DNA from: Squalus acanthias
Taxonomy: Eukaryota
DNA: 64,000 bases
Direction: 5' to 3'
Assembly (NCBI GenBank): GCA_030390025.1
Contig: CM059431.1
Location: 101,310,001-101,374,000 of the forward strand
The notes below the pieces were generated by a model that saw nothing but the letters and a program-made list of their open reading frames with translations, had not been told where the DNA came from and made no database searches. Positions 52,417 through 64,000 of the stretch are shown here, piece after piece. Every line of letters begins with the position of its first letter. The first letter of the stretch is position 1. A program made the position numbers and the translations under genes.

Positions 52417-52850
52417 AGATCCAGGACAAAGCAGCCCGTTTGATTGGCACCCCATCCACCAACTTAAACATTCACTCCCTCCACCACCAGCGTACTGTGG
52501 CTGCAGTGTGTACCATCTACAAGATGCACTGCAGCAACTCGCCAAGGCTTCTTCGGCAGCACCTCCCAAACCCACGAACTCTTCCATCTGGAAGGACAAG
52601 GGCAGCAGGCGCATGGGAACACCACCACCTCCAAGTTCCCCTCCAAGTCACACACCATCCTGACTTGGATGTATATCGCCGATCTTTCATCGTCGCTGGG
52701 TCAAAATCCTGGAACTCCCTCCCTAACAGCACTGTGGGAGCACCTTCACCACACGGACTGCAGCGGTTCAAGAAGGCGTTTCACCACCACCTTCTCAAGG
52801 GCAATTAGGGATGGGCAATAAATGCTGGCCTTGCCAGCGACATCCCATAA
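52417..52850 (+). mobile_element. LINE family B 3' fragment
   Basis: IQDKAARLIGTPST...; same 3' tail. Confidence 0.9.
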
Positions 52851-54151
52851 ACTAATTTAAAAAAAATTCTGCTTGTAGTTTGTAGTTCAATTAAAAAAAA
52901 CTAATTTTATTAATTTTAAAAAAAGGTTTATAGCCAAAATACCTGTGGATTGCCAATATCACAGGAAGGTACCTCTGGAAGTGAAAGACACCTTGTATAA
53001 CTAATATTAATCAAATTTATTTTCAATTTTTAGGTATGATATATGTAAGTCTTCGTATTAAAATAAGTCAGTAACTTTTTAACGTAATGATGATTTTCGT
53101 CCCTTCTGATTCTGGCTGTAATATCGTTGCAGGGTTGCTGATGTTCTCTTTTGCTTCACACAAAGAGCCACTCCAGTGTAAGCTTGGGTAGTCAATGTCA
53201 GCAAGCTGTATAGTCCATGCATATCAATACCAAGTTTAAAATGCTGTCCTCGCCTAATGTCCTACACTCTGTGGTGGGTTCGAGTCCCACTCCAGAGACT
53301 CGAGCCCATAATCCAGGCTAACACTCGCAGTGCTGCGCCGTCAGAGGTGTCGTCTTCATAGCCCTGCAAAATTCTCCCCTTCAAGTATTTATCTAATTTC
53401 CGTTTGAAAGTTACTATTGAATCTGCTTCCACCGCCCTTTCAGGCAGCGCATTCCAGATCACAACAACTCGCTGCGTAAAAAAATTCTCCTCATCTCCCC
53501 CTCTGTATTTTTCTGCCAATTATCTTCAATCTGTGTCCTCTGGTTACCGACCCTCCTGCCACTGGAAACAGTTTCTCCTCATTTACTCTATCAAAACCCC
53601 TCATAATTTTGAACACCTCTATTAAATCTCCCCTTAACCGTCTTTGCTCGAAGGAGAACAATTCCCAGCTTCTCTAATCTCTCCACGTGATTTAAGTCCA
53701 TCATCCCTGTTACCTTCATAAATGTACGAAAGTCTTCTTCAAAAACAAGATAAACCACAATTCCACCGTTACATGGTGAATATCCTCTGTTTAGCCATCA
53801 GGTACTTATGTGGTCAAAGTTTGACCTCTGCTACAAAAGCAGAAAATTATTTAAGTTTCAACAATAAATGAAAGTTAACTTCCATGAAAGGAACTGCAAC
53901 TGGATCAATCATCGAATCCTACTGCACAGGAGGAGGCCATTCGACCCCTCGTGCCTGTGCTGGCTCTTTGAAAGAGCTCTCCAATTAGTCCCACTCCCCC
54001 CTACTCTTTCCCCATAGCCCTGCACATTTTTCCCCTTCAAATATTTATCCAATTCCGCCTTTTGAAAGTTACTATTGAATCTGCTTCCACCGCCCTTTCA
54101 GGCAGCGCATTCCAGATCGTAACAACTCACTGCTTTTGTCTTTTTATTGAA

Positions 54152-54628
54152 TGGTAGCACAGTGGTTATGTTACTGGACGAGTAATCCAGAGGCCTGGAC
54201 TAATGATCCGGAGAGGCGAGTTCAAATCCACCCACGGCAGCTGGGGAATTTAAATTCAGTTAATTAAATAAATCTGGAATTTAAAAAAAGCTAGTATCAG
54301 TGATGGTGACCATGAAACTACCGGATAGTTGTCAAAACCCATCTGGTTCACTAATGTCCTTTAGGGAAGGAAATCTGCTGTCCTTACCCGGTCTGGCCTA
54401 TATGTGACTCCAGATCCACAGCAATGTGGTTGACTCTAAACTGCCCTCTGAAATGGCCCAGCGAGTCACTCAGTTGTACCAAACCGCTGCAAAGAAGTAT
54501 CACCACACGGACTGCAGCGGTTCAAGAAGGCGGCTCACCACCACCTTCTCAAGGGCAACTAGGGATGGGCAATAAATGCTGGCATTGCCAGTGACGCCCA
54601 CATCCCATGAGCGAACGTAAAAAAAAAA
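54152..54628 (+). mobile_element. SINE family 2, ending ~75 bp upstream of the GPR183 acceptor
   Basis: ggtagcacagtgg A box, gagttcaaatcc B box, same core, longer LINE-B tail, poly-A. Confidence 0.87.
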
Positions 54629-54751
54629 GAACTATTTCAACAGTATAAATGGGAAATCCGTGATAAATCCTGAACTGAAACTAAGATTTGCTTCTTTAAC
54701 AGGCGTGCGGAAGTTCTGGTTTCCGTAGAACCAGCAGGAGTGAGATTGACC

Positions 54752-55831
54752 ATGAATCACTCAACAACTCATCGCAACACTTCTGCAAACAACACTGATG
54801 AAGAATGTAATCTGTACGCCCACCGCCATACGGCCAAGATCCTTTTACCTTTAGTCTATTCCATCATATGTTTAGTTGGCGTCTTTGGCAATATCCTAGC
54901 CATAGTAGCCATCAAAAAAAAGCAGAAAAAAATCAATTCAACTACACTTTACTCCATGAATCTGGTGATCTCAGACATTTTCTTTGCGGCTGTTTTACCC
55001 GCGCGGATAATATACTACGCACGAGGATTTAACTGGCCATTTGGTGAAGCACTGTGCCGAGTTACCGCAGTCATCTGTTACAGCAACATATATGCCAGCG
55101 TAAGCTTCATGACCTGCTTAAGCTTGGACAGGTTCGTCGCTGTAATATATCCGTTCCGCTATTCCAAGCTCAGAAACGTCCGCAACGTCAAGAAAGTCTG
55201 CGTTGTTGTGTGGATCATTATACTCTGCCAGACAATGCCACTGCTGCTTTTACAGATGTCTAAAGAGGTTCAAGGCAACTACATGACGTGCATGGAATAT
55301 CCAAATTTTGAGAGTTTGCCAAATCTTCCAGAAATGCTTCTTGGCGCTTGCATTATCGGTTACATTCTCCCCGTGGGCATCATGCTGTTTTGTTACTCGC
55401 AGGTCAGTTCAAAGCTCTTCAGGACAGCAAAGCAGAACCCCTTAACTGAAAAGTCAGGAAGAAACAAAAAAGCCAACAACGTTATCTTGCTCGTACTTTT
55501 CGTGTTCTTCATATGTTTCACTCCATACCACGTGGCCATTCTGCAGCACATGATCAAAAAGCTGAGTTACACGCCGTCCTGCCGAGAGCAACAGGATTTT
55601 CAGATAGCTCTCCACGTGACTGTTTCAGTGATGAACTTCAATTGCTGCCTGGACCCTTTCATCTACTTCTTTGCCTGCAAGGGCTACAGGACCATCGTCC
55701 TCAAGATGATCAGGCGGCCCGTTAGCGTATCTATTTCAAGTGGAGTTAAGTCTATCGCAGACATCAGCTCACCACCCGGTGTGGGGAGTCACTTGCACGC
55801 AGCAGGGACAACTTCCGACACCAACTTGTAG
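54752..55831 (+). CDS. GPR183: G protein-coupled receptor 183 (EBI2, oxysterol receptor), uninterrupted CDS, 359 aa from first ATG
   Basis: 7TM class A ORF with CNLYAHRHTAKILLPLVYS, KKINSTTLYSMNLVISD, LPARIIYY, SLDRF, TCMEYPNFE, NPLTEKSG, CFTPYHVAI, NCCLDPFIYFFACKGY, all characteristic of GPR183. Splice acceptor tttgcttctttaacAG ends at 54702. Antisense nesting upstream of the UBAC2 exon matches human synteny. Confidence 0.96.
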   Translation: MNHSTTHRNTSANNTDEECNLYAHRHTAKILLPLVYSIICLVGVFGNILAIVAIKKKQKKINSTTLYSMNLVISDIFFAAVLPARIIYYARGFNWPFGEALCRVTAVICYSNIYASVSFMTCLSLDRFVAVIYPFRYSKLRNVRNVKKVCVVVWIIILCQTMPLLLLQMSKEVQGNYMTCMEYPNFESLPNLPEMLLGACIIGYILPVGIMLFCYSQVSSKLFRTAKQNPLTEKSGRNKKANNVILLVLFVFFICFTPYHVAILQHMIKKLSYTPSCREQQDFQIALHVTVSVMNFNCCLDPFIYFFACKGYRTIVLKMIRRPVSVSISSGVKSIADISSPPGVGSHLHAAGTTSDTNL

Positions 55832-56254
55832 AGACAATTTGCGTGAGGTTACCAGGAAAAGACCACAGCCCGCCAGCAAAAACAAACTGCAATTCAATTT
55901 ATAACCTGATCCAATCCTCAATGTGTACATTACGCGATGGTTCATTCACTTACTTGTAGAAATCGAGGTATAAACACAGTTTTTTTATCATCTTAAATTA
56001 TTTTTGTAGTTTTCCCCTTTCCTGGAAAATTAATTCCGTAGAAATGCCCAACGTGTGTATGTTGGTCATTTTCCATTTATAATGCGCGAGAGGGGGGCTC
56101 GGTAGTATCTCGGTGCTGCCAATAGTATGGGGTTCACTCCACTTTGGATGCAGTTACCCTGCGACTTTTGCTTCAATACCAAGTGGTTTTGGGTGCACCT
56201 CAAAACAGAAGTGGCGGTAACATTGCCCGTCTTCACCCCCACGTCCGCTCGTCT

Positions 56255-56832
56255 GCTGCTGAAGCTCCTCATCCCTGCCTTTGTTACCTCTAGATTTGAC
56301 TATTCCACACATTCCTGGCTGGCCTCCCAGCACCCACCCTCCGTAAACTTGAGCTCATCCAAAACTCTGCTGCCCGTATTGTAACTCGCACCAAGTCCCG
56401 TTCACCCATCACCCCTGTGCTCGCTGACCTACATTGGTCCCCTGTCCGGCAGCAACTCGATTTTAAAGTTCTCATCCTTGCGTTCAAATCCTCTCATGGC
56501 CTCGCCCTTCCCTATCTCTGAAACCTCCTCCAGCCCGACAACCCTCAGCGCTCCTCCAATTCTGGCCTCTTGCGCATCCCCGATTTTCATCGCTCCACCA
56601 TTGGCGGCCGTGCCATCAGCCGCTTGGGCCCTAAGCTCTGGAATTCCCTCCCTAAACCTCTCCGCCTCTCTTTCTTCCTTTAAGGACGCTCGTTAAAACC
56701 TAACTCTTTCACCTGTCCTAATGTCTCTGTGGCTCGGTGTCGAATTTTGTTTGATAATCGCTCCTGTGAAGCGCCTTGGGACGTTTTACTACATTAAAAG
56801 CGCTGTATAAATACACGTTGTTGTTGTTGTTG
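56255..56832 (+). mobile_element. L2 LINE 3' fragment
   Basis: AFVTSRFDYS, SPITPVLADLHW; tail gcgctgtataaatacacgttgttgttg. Confidence 0.88.
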
Positions 56833-57032
56833 TATTCGTGAGCTTTAGATAACTTCTATTAAATGCTCTAGTTTTGCTCGTCTACATCACACTAAATTCC
56901 TGAATTGTGTTACTGACCAGCAACCATCTATATTCCGTATTCTACTCCATATGTTTAAAAATAACACCAGTAACACTTCTTCAACACATAGCCCAACAGT
57001 AAGCCTTTAGTGATAATTACTGAAAGAAATTA

Positions 57033-57331
57033 AGAAAGCAAGTCTTGCATTTATATAGCGCCTTTCCCGGCCTCAGGATGTCCCAAAGCGCTTTACAGCC
57101 ATTGAAGTGTAGTCACTGTTGTAATGTTGGAAACGTGACAACCAATTTGCACACAGCAAGCTCCCACAAACAGTACTGTGATAATGACCAGATCATATGT
57201 TTCTTAATGATATTGGTTGAGGGATAAATATTGGTCCAGGACAGCGGGTAGAACTCCCCTGCTCCATGGGATCTTTTATGTGCACCTGAGAGGGCAGACG
57301 GGGCCTCGGTTTAACGTCTCATTCGGAAGAC
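57033..57331 (-). mobile_element. Deu-SINE, 5'-truncated
   Basis: Tail and part of core. Confidence 0.83.
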
Positions 57332-57872
57332 GTTTACTGTAGCGGGAAAGCATATTGCGTAGTTTCAGCATCTAACATGAATGATCTGGGTGAGCAGAAA
57401 ACATCTGCTCGTCCGAAAGGAGCGGTCAATACAGAGCCCGAGACTCAAATATAGAAAGAATATCAACCTGCTCAGAACAATAAATTTGAACTTGTGTTTT
57501 TTCAGCAGGCTTGGGGAGGTGAAAGTTTAAATTTGTTTGTGACAACAATTGAAGTGCAAACTCAGTAATTGTGACTATCATTCACCAATTGGAAAAGCAA
57601 ACACTCTTGGATTAAGCCTCAGGACACAGGAGCATGGGCTGGTGAATCAGGACTAAAATGTCATCTCCCTTACTCTGATTTGCACTTCCATCTAGTGAGT
57701 CCCCATTCTGGAAGTGTAGCCTCACTGAATTTGCCCTTGAAAACAAACATAACTGTGGGATTATGTACCTGAAAGCATGTGCTATACATCTATCGCAACT
57801 GATTTAAACAGTGCTGTCAAATCTAATTAGAACTTGTTTGCTTTTCCAATTGGTGAATGACAGACACAATTT

Positions 57873-58588
57873 TGGGGTGGAGTTTCTGCTTTGGACGCAA
57901 TTAGTGATTCCGGCGCAACTTACGCCCATTTTGAAAAGTGTTTTTCTCTCCCCGAGTTTCCACTCAAACTCATTTGCATATCGCCGAATGCAAAATCTGC
58001 AATGAACCAGCGCAGTCAAGCAGCATTTAAAACGTAAATGTTTTTAAATTTTGCTTTAAAAGACATTCCTTGATATATTTAAGAGTGGCAACTTGGTGCA
58101 GTTTGATTAATACAGCTGAAAATGGGTTCATCACAAAAAAATCACTGTCAATCCAACTTCTTATGTTCACCACCTGTGAGTAACCCAATTTTAAATGACT
58201 GAAAATGACTTTTATACAAATACACAAAGCTACTTTCTAGCTATATTGGGGTACAGTGGTCAGTTCCTTAGTAAATTTAAAAGAAAATTCATTCAAAGAG
58301 TTTCTATTCGTGTCTTTGCGCCCAAAAGTTCCAGATTAATTATTGGAGCCTCCTCGAAAGGCCCGGAAACTCGCCATGGTGATTAATTCAATCTGGGGGC
58401 ATGGCCAGTTTGGTGGGCAGGGCTGGCCTGTAGCCGATGTTTTTAAAACCAGCGCAAAATATCGCGGAAACTCACGTTGCGCCGAATGCAATTTGTGCTT
58501 AAAATGCTGCGATCTTTTGCACCGGTTACACCGATAGCGGGGAAAATGCGCCGAAAAAATCAGCGCAACCAAGTGGAAAGTCCAGGCC
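57873..58588. mobile_element. Probable MITE of the same class
   Basis: ggggtggagtttctgcttt / aagtggaaagtccaggcc imperfect TIRs, CpG-rich ends, AT-rich centre. Confidence 0.5.
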
Positions 58589-58897
58589 AATAAATAATGA
58601 GTAGTAAATCTAGGCCTTGAACTTACACTGTGAAACTAGTGCATGAACATTTAATGCACTCATAATGAAATTCCTTTGACTACAATTTTAACAATGGTGT
58701 TAAACCCACTGAAAATAAACTTCAACCAGTTTCATTTTAAGTCAATGCATTAACAACTTTTTCCAACTGGAGAGTTTTTATTTCATAAAAAGCAGTACTT
58801 GGCCTATGTTGGAGAAATAATGGGTATTTATACCATTGGGACGAGTGAACAGCATCTATTGGATATAGTATGAATAGCAAGAATTTGACTTCTAGTT

Positions 58898-59446
58898 CTT
58901 GTTAAAACTTCATAAAACACTGGTTAGGCCTCAGCTGGAGTATTGTGTCCAATTCTGGGCACTGCAATTTAGGAAGGATGTCAAGGCCCTGCAGAGGAGA
59001 TTTACCAGAATGGTTCCAGGGATGAGGGACATCAGTTATGTGGAGAGTCTGGAGAAGCTGGGATTGTTCTGCTTAGAGCAGAGAAGGATAAGAGGAGACA
59101 TGATAGAGGTGTTCAAAATCATGAACGGTTTTGAGAGAGTAAATAAGGAGAAATTGTTTCCAGTGGCAGAAGAGTCGGTAACCAGAGGACACAGATTTGA
59201 GGAAACATTTTTTGACACAACGAGTTGTTGTGATCTGGAATGCACTACCTGTAAGGGAGGTGGAAGCAGATTCAATAGTAACTTTCAAAAGGGAATTGGA
59301 TAAATACTTGAAAGGAATAAAAAATTGCAGGGCTACAGGGAAAGAGCAGGGGAGAGTGGGACTAATTGGCTAGCTCTACCAAAGAGCCGGCACAGGCACA
59401 ATGGGCCAAATGGCCTCCTCGCGAGCTGTATCATTCTATGATTCTA
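58898..59446 (+). mobile_element. CR1 3' fragment
   Basis: HKTLVRPQLEYCVQFW; attctatg tail. Confidence 0.9.
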
Positions 59447-59512
59447 ACTGGAGCGCAGGTTTTGCTCCAACTTTGCAAATACAAACAGACATTTATCTGA
59501 ATGAAATATAAT

Positions 59513-60270
59513 GGCCCAGATTTTGCAGTCAGCGGCAAAGGAACAGCGCTCGCCGTTCACTATGCTGACAGCTGCCCACAGACTTTTCGTGAGCTTTTAG
59601 GCGGCAACTTGCTGTCATCGGGCGTCTGATCCAGCGCAGCGCCCTCTACAGGCGATCTGTGGCATGTATGAGCAGGTAAAGCAGCAACTGGGCTCTTCAA
59701 CCAATCAGATTGAAGAATCTTCACTGAGACACGCAGAGTCTAAATGCAGGAAGTATAAATTAGATTTAAATCATGTATAGAAAGCAAATTTAAGAGCGGG
59801 AAAGAAAGATGGGATTAAGAGAGAGATAAAAGAGACAGACAGAAGAAGTTAAATAAATTAATTTTTAAAAATCTGCAACACTAATTAAATTCTGAAGGAA
59901 TGAGACTCCACACTTGTAAATTTACATTTTCAGGGCCAGAGAGGTTATTCGGCAGTAATTATGACTTATCGTGCCATTCAAAATTCACTTACACCTGAAT
60001 GCGCCAGCTCTGACCTTTTCTGCCGTATTTATTTGGTATCTCATGGGTAAGTACAGCAACTTCACGCCCTGGCATGGATTTCAATGCCGAGTCTATTGGT
60101 GAGGTACCGTTATAGCACAGCCTGTGGAGGAGCAGGGTAACTCAAACCACAACTTCCGGATTTCCACGTTTAACTGCATGTGCGTACTCCGGAAGTTGCT
60201 GTCCGATTTACTCCATAATAACGGTGAGCGCTGATAGCCTCACCAATACTCTCAATGCAAAATCCGGGCC
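59513..60270. mobile_element. PIF/Harbinger-like MITE related to 1726-2510
   Basis: 15-bp TIR ggcccagattttgca / tgcaaaatccgggcc (1 mismatch), TSD AAT; shared internal ccaatca and caggaagt motifs. Confidence 0.8.
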
Positions 60271-62059
60271 AATGGTTGACAGTGCCTGTAACACCAGCGC
60301 CTTCACCCCTTTCATGTGTCTGTATTATAATATACACCAGGGAATCTTTGAATACACAAATCACTGAACTCCTGACACAATTTAATTGCTTCATCGCTGC
60401 TTGGTATCAGTTATGTGGTAGGGCAATGGTTGACTCTTTCTTCACAATTGATGGTTTCCCACTGCAGGAGGGTCAGTAACCAGAGGACACAGATTTAAGG
60501 TAATTGACAAAAAAATCCAAGGGGGAGATGAGAAGATATTTTTTTTTACGCAGCGAGTTGTTGTGATCTGGAACGCGCTGCCTGAAGGGGCGGTGGAAGC
60601 AGATTCAATAGTGACATTCAAAAGGGAATTGGATAAATACTTGAAAAGGAGAAATTTGCAGCGCACTGGGGAAAGAGCGGGAGGAGTGGGACTAATTGGA
60701 GAGCTCTTTCAAAGAGCCGGCACAGGCACGATGGGCCGATTGGCCTCCTTCTGAGCTGCACAATTCCATGATTCTATGTTCTTACGTAAAGCTTCATTGA
60801 CCGAAAGGCTGATATTTAGAGATATTTAGTAGACGAGAATCATATATGTATAACTTCAAGTGTAGCCATTGACCAAATAATATTACCCATAATTACTCCT
60901 GAGTAACGAAGAAAGCTAAGACTTGTTCAGAATGCAGCTGCGAAAGATGGTCAAAAGCAGTTTTGACTAAGCTTTGATAACAAACAGTCACAGGCTGCTA
61001 GTGAAGGTTAAATCATTAAATAACATATTATGATGCTAAGTAGAAATTGGAATTCGCTTAACAAAACTAATTGCAACAATATTTTAAAAATAATTAGTAT
61101 AAGGACATAAAATGAGAGAGATCATGGAGATAAAGTATTTATCTGGTCGATTAAAGTGAGATAGTCTGGATACCTCAAGAGTAGTGAAACAGCGCTGATA
61201 TGGGCCCTTGGTATAAAGGCCTTGTACCAGGGAAGCTAGAAATGAAAGAGATAAAGTAAATTCCAATGGGGTGAAAAACTATAAACAAGAGAACACTGAA
61301 CATGGCAAAGTTGGTGGAAAAATACTGGAAAGGCGGGATGCTACCTTAGTCTGAGTGACAATGGTATTTTGGCCATTAGAACCAATTAAAAAAGGTGATT
61401 TTGTTTAAGACCATATATGGACACTGGCCAAACGAACTTTTGATAAGAAAAGGGTTAAAACCTCGATACCCAAAGAACAACTTCACAGACGTACTGCGAG
61501 GACAAAGGAACAGACTTGAGACAACATCATCTGTGTCCGAGAGGTTCCAGAGACCTAGGGCTGCGAGCTACTCGTTAAAACTATCGCCTAATATTAAGTA
61601 TATTACGCTGTATGCTTAATAAATCTTGATCTATTGCTCAAACATACTGGCTGCTGCCTATTGGTGTCTTGTCCAAGAACTCAGAGATCGTTAAGATCTT
61701 ACAGTGCCCCAACGATAGAGGAAGATTTCCTTTGTTCACTATTTGTAAACGTGAGTACAAAGAACATATTTATGATTTGACCACAAATGGCGAACGGACA
61801 AAATCCTTCCCAAGCATGCCCAAGCTCCAGTCTCAAAAGAAAATCTTCCATTTCGCCCGTGTAACATCATCTAAGTCCCACACCAAACATCATGTGGCCT
61901 CTGAGATTGCAACGGTAGGAACAGTTCTATGCTGTTGGGTCAATGCACAGTGGAAACTTGAGTTGAGACGTCCCCAACTCATTTCATGCAAGATCTTGCA
62001 AACAACAGAGCAGTCTTCCATCTCATCAGTCTAGACAAACCTTTGACTCCAGTCCAGAC

Positions 62060-63078
62060 TGAGGAGGAACATTTAGGGAACAGTGATCATAGTATCATAA
62101 GGTTTAGATTAGTTATGGAAAAGGACAGGGAGCAATCTAGAAATGGGAGGAAGGTAAATTTCAGTGGATTGAGAACGGATCTGGCCCGGGTAAATTGGAA
62201 TCAAAGATTGGCAGGCAAAACTGTAATCGAACAATGGGCTGGCTTTAAAGAGGAGATGGTTCGGGTACAGTCGAAGTACATTCCCACGAGGGGGAAAGGT
62301 AGGGCAACTAAAAGCCAGAGCTCCCTGGATGATGAAAGAGATGCAGAGTTTGATGAAGCAGAAAAAGGGCACATATGACAGATGTCAGGATGTGAATACA
62401 AGCGAGAATCAGGCTGAATATAGAAAGTTCAGAGGGGAAGTGAAAAAGAAAATAAGAGGGGCAAAGAGAGAGTATGAGAATAGATTGGCAGCTAACATAA
62501 ATGAGAATTCAAAAGTCTTCTATCAGCATATAAATAATAAACGGGTAGCCTGTGCCAGCTCTTTGAAAGAGCTCTCCAATTAGTCCCACTCCCCTGCTCT
62601 TTCCCCACAGCCCTGAAAATGTTCCCCTTCAAATATTTATCCAATTCCCTTTTGAAAGTGACTATTGAATTTGCTTCCACCGCCCTTTCAGGCAGCGCAT
62701 TCCAGATCACAACAACTCGCTGCGTAAAAAAAATTCTCCTCATCTCCCCTCTGGTTCTTTTGCCAATGACCTCAAATCTGTGCCCTCTAGTTACCAACTG
62801 CTCTGCCAGTGGAAACAGTCTCTCCTTATTTACTCTATCAAAACCCTTCATGATTTTGAACACCTCTATTAAATCTCCCCTTAATCTTCTCTGCTCTAAA
62901 GAAAACAACCCCAGCTTCTCCAGTCTCTCCACATAACTGAAGTCCCTCATCCCTGGTACCTTTCTAGTAAATCTCCTCTGCACCCTCTCCAAAGCCTTGA
63001 CATCCTTCCTAAAGTGCGGTGCCCAGAATTGGACACAATACTCCAGCTGAGGCCTAACCCAGTGAATTTATTAAGGTT
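62060..63078. mobile_element. Adjacent CR1 fragments in opposite orientation: 62060-62548 (+, post-endonuclease region), 62549-63078 (-, 3' end)
   Basis: HLGNSDHSIIRF on +; ERVQRRFTR...FFTQRVV on -. Confidence 0.85.
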
Positions 63079-64000
63079 GGCTGGCCAAATCTTGGCAGAT
63101 GCGGCAAATCAGGCTTTGCTGGTTCTATATAATGTATTATATCACTGTTAGATAACTTGCTTGTTCATTATTTAACACTTCATATTTTCAAGATGAGATC
63201 TAATGCTCTCTGCTTTCAAACAGGGAAGTTTAAATCTTATGGAGACATAAATTAATCCAGCACCTAATAGCAGATACAATAACAGAGTTTACTGTTCACT
63301 TGCTGGGCACGATACCAACAGTTTATCTGGAGCACAAGGCAAGGACAGACATTTTCAATTGTTTGGGGATTTGGGACTCACCCAGGAGAGTAATCCAAAA
63401 TGAAAGAACTGAAATTATCTAGGATAAGATGGTTTCAAAAGTCCCAGATAAAGCAACAGCCTCCTTGGGGAAATCGCAATATCTGCATGCAGAATCTCTC
63501 AGACATATTAAGGTACAATTGCCTTGGCAAGCACGCATGGGTTGCTGCATAAAGGCAGCTCTTTCCTGAGCGTCTAAGGCGCAGATCCACCTGCCTTGCA
63601 TGACTCCTCCAGAAGTCAAAGTGAATCTTTATCAGGCAATCAAGCCAGCAGATATCAATGAATATTCGCTAGACACTCAAATCCCTCCATGGCCTCGCTC
63701 CTTCCCATCCTTGCAACCTCCGCCAGCCTCACAACCCCCCGGTATCTCCACACCCACCCCCCCCCCCCACCCCCACCCACAACTCATGAGCCCTAACAGC
63801 TCGCAGCGTGTTTAATTGCCATTTAAAATCCATTAAGTTGTTAAAAATAACGGGAGGCTAAGGGCGAGGTGCCGTTTGGGCAAGGTAAACAGCGGAGTGG
63901 CGTAAATCGACCAGAATTTGAATAAATGCATCCACTTTATGGGCACTTTAGGAAAGATAACACCACGAAAGATGATGAGAGGCTTAAATCAGAAGTAGAA

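Noticed and set aside
54740..54751. GTG start given by the ORF track
   Set aside because: Eukaryotic gene; accATG at 54752 is the better start.
1..64000. CRISPR arrays, operons or other prokaryotic systems
   Set aside because: Recurrent sequences are dispersed vertebrate LINE/SINE copies without repeat-spacer periodicity.

Overview
Vertebrate, most likely shark/elasmobranch, genomic DNA (inferred from the repeat landscape: Deu-domain tRNA-SINEs, abundant CR1 and L2 LINEs, Penelope-like remnants). The window appears to lie inside the UBAC2 gene on the minus strand; two coding exons are visible (34436-34559 and 31622-31669). An intact GPR183/EBI2 oxysterol-receptor CDS (54752-55831, +) is nested antisense in the upstream intron, as in human. 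A second, divergent GPR183-like paralog survives as a rearranged pseudogene (12802-13297, -) fused to a duplicated ETS/RUNX-rich segment. Most of the rest is transposon-derived. Notable structure: minimal hammerhead-ribozyme motifs from Penelope-like elements, a perfect 79-bp-arm fold-back element centred on hammerhead helix II inside a triple-nested insertion, three local duplications of unique DNA, two LINE/SINE partner pairs, and Harbinger-like and hAT MITEs. Everything was read by eye; repeat boundaries are approximate and many short CR1/L2 fragments are not listed.
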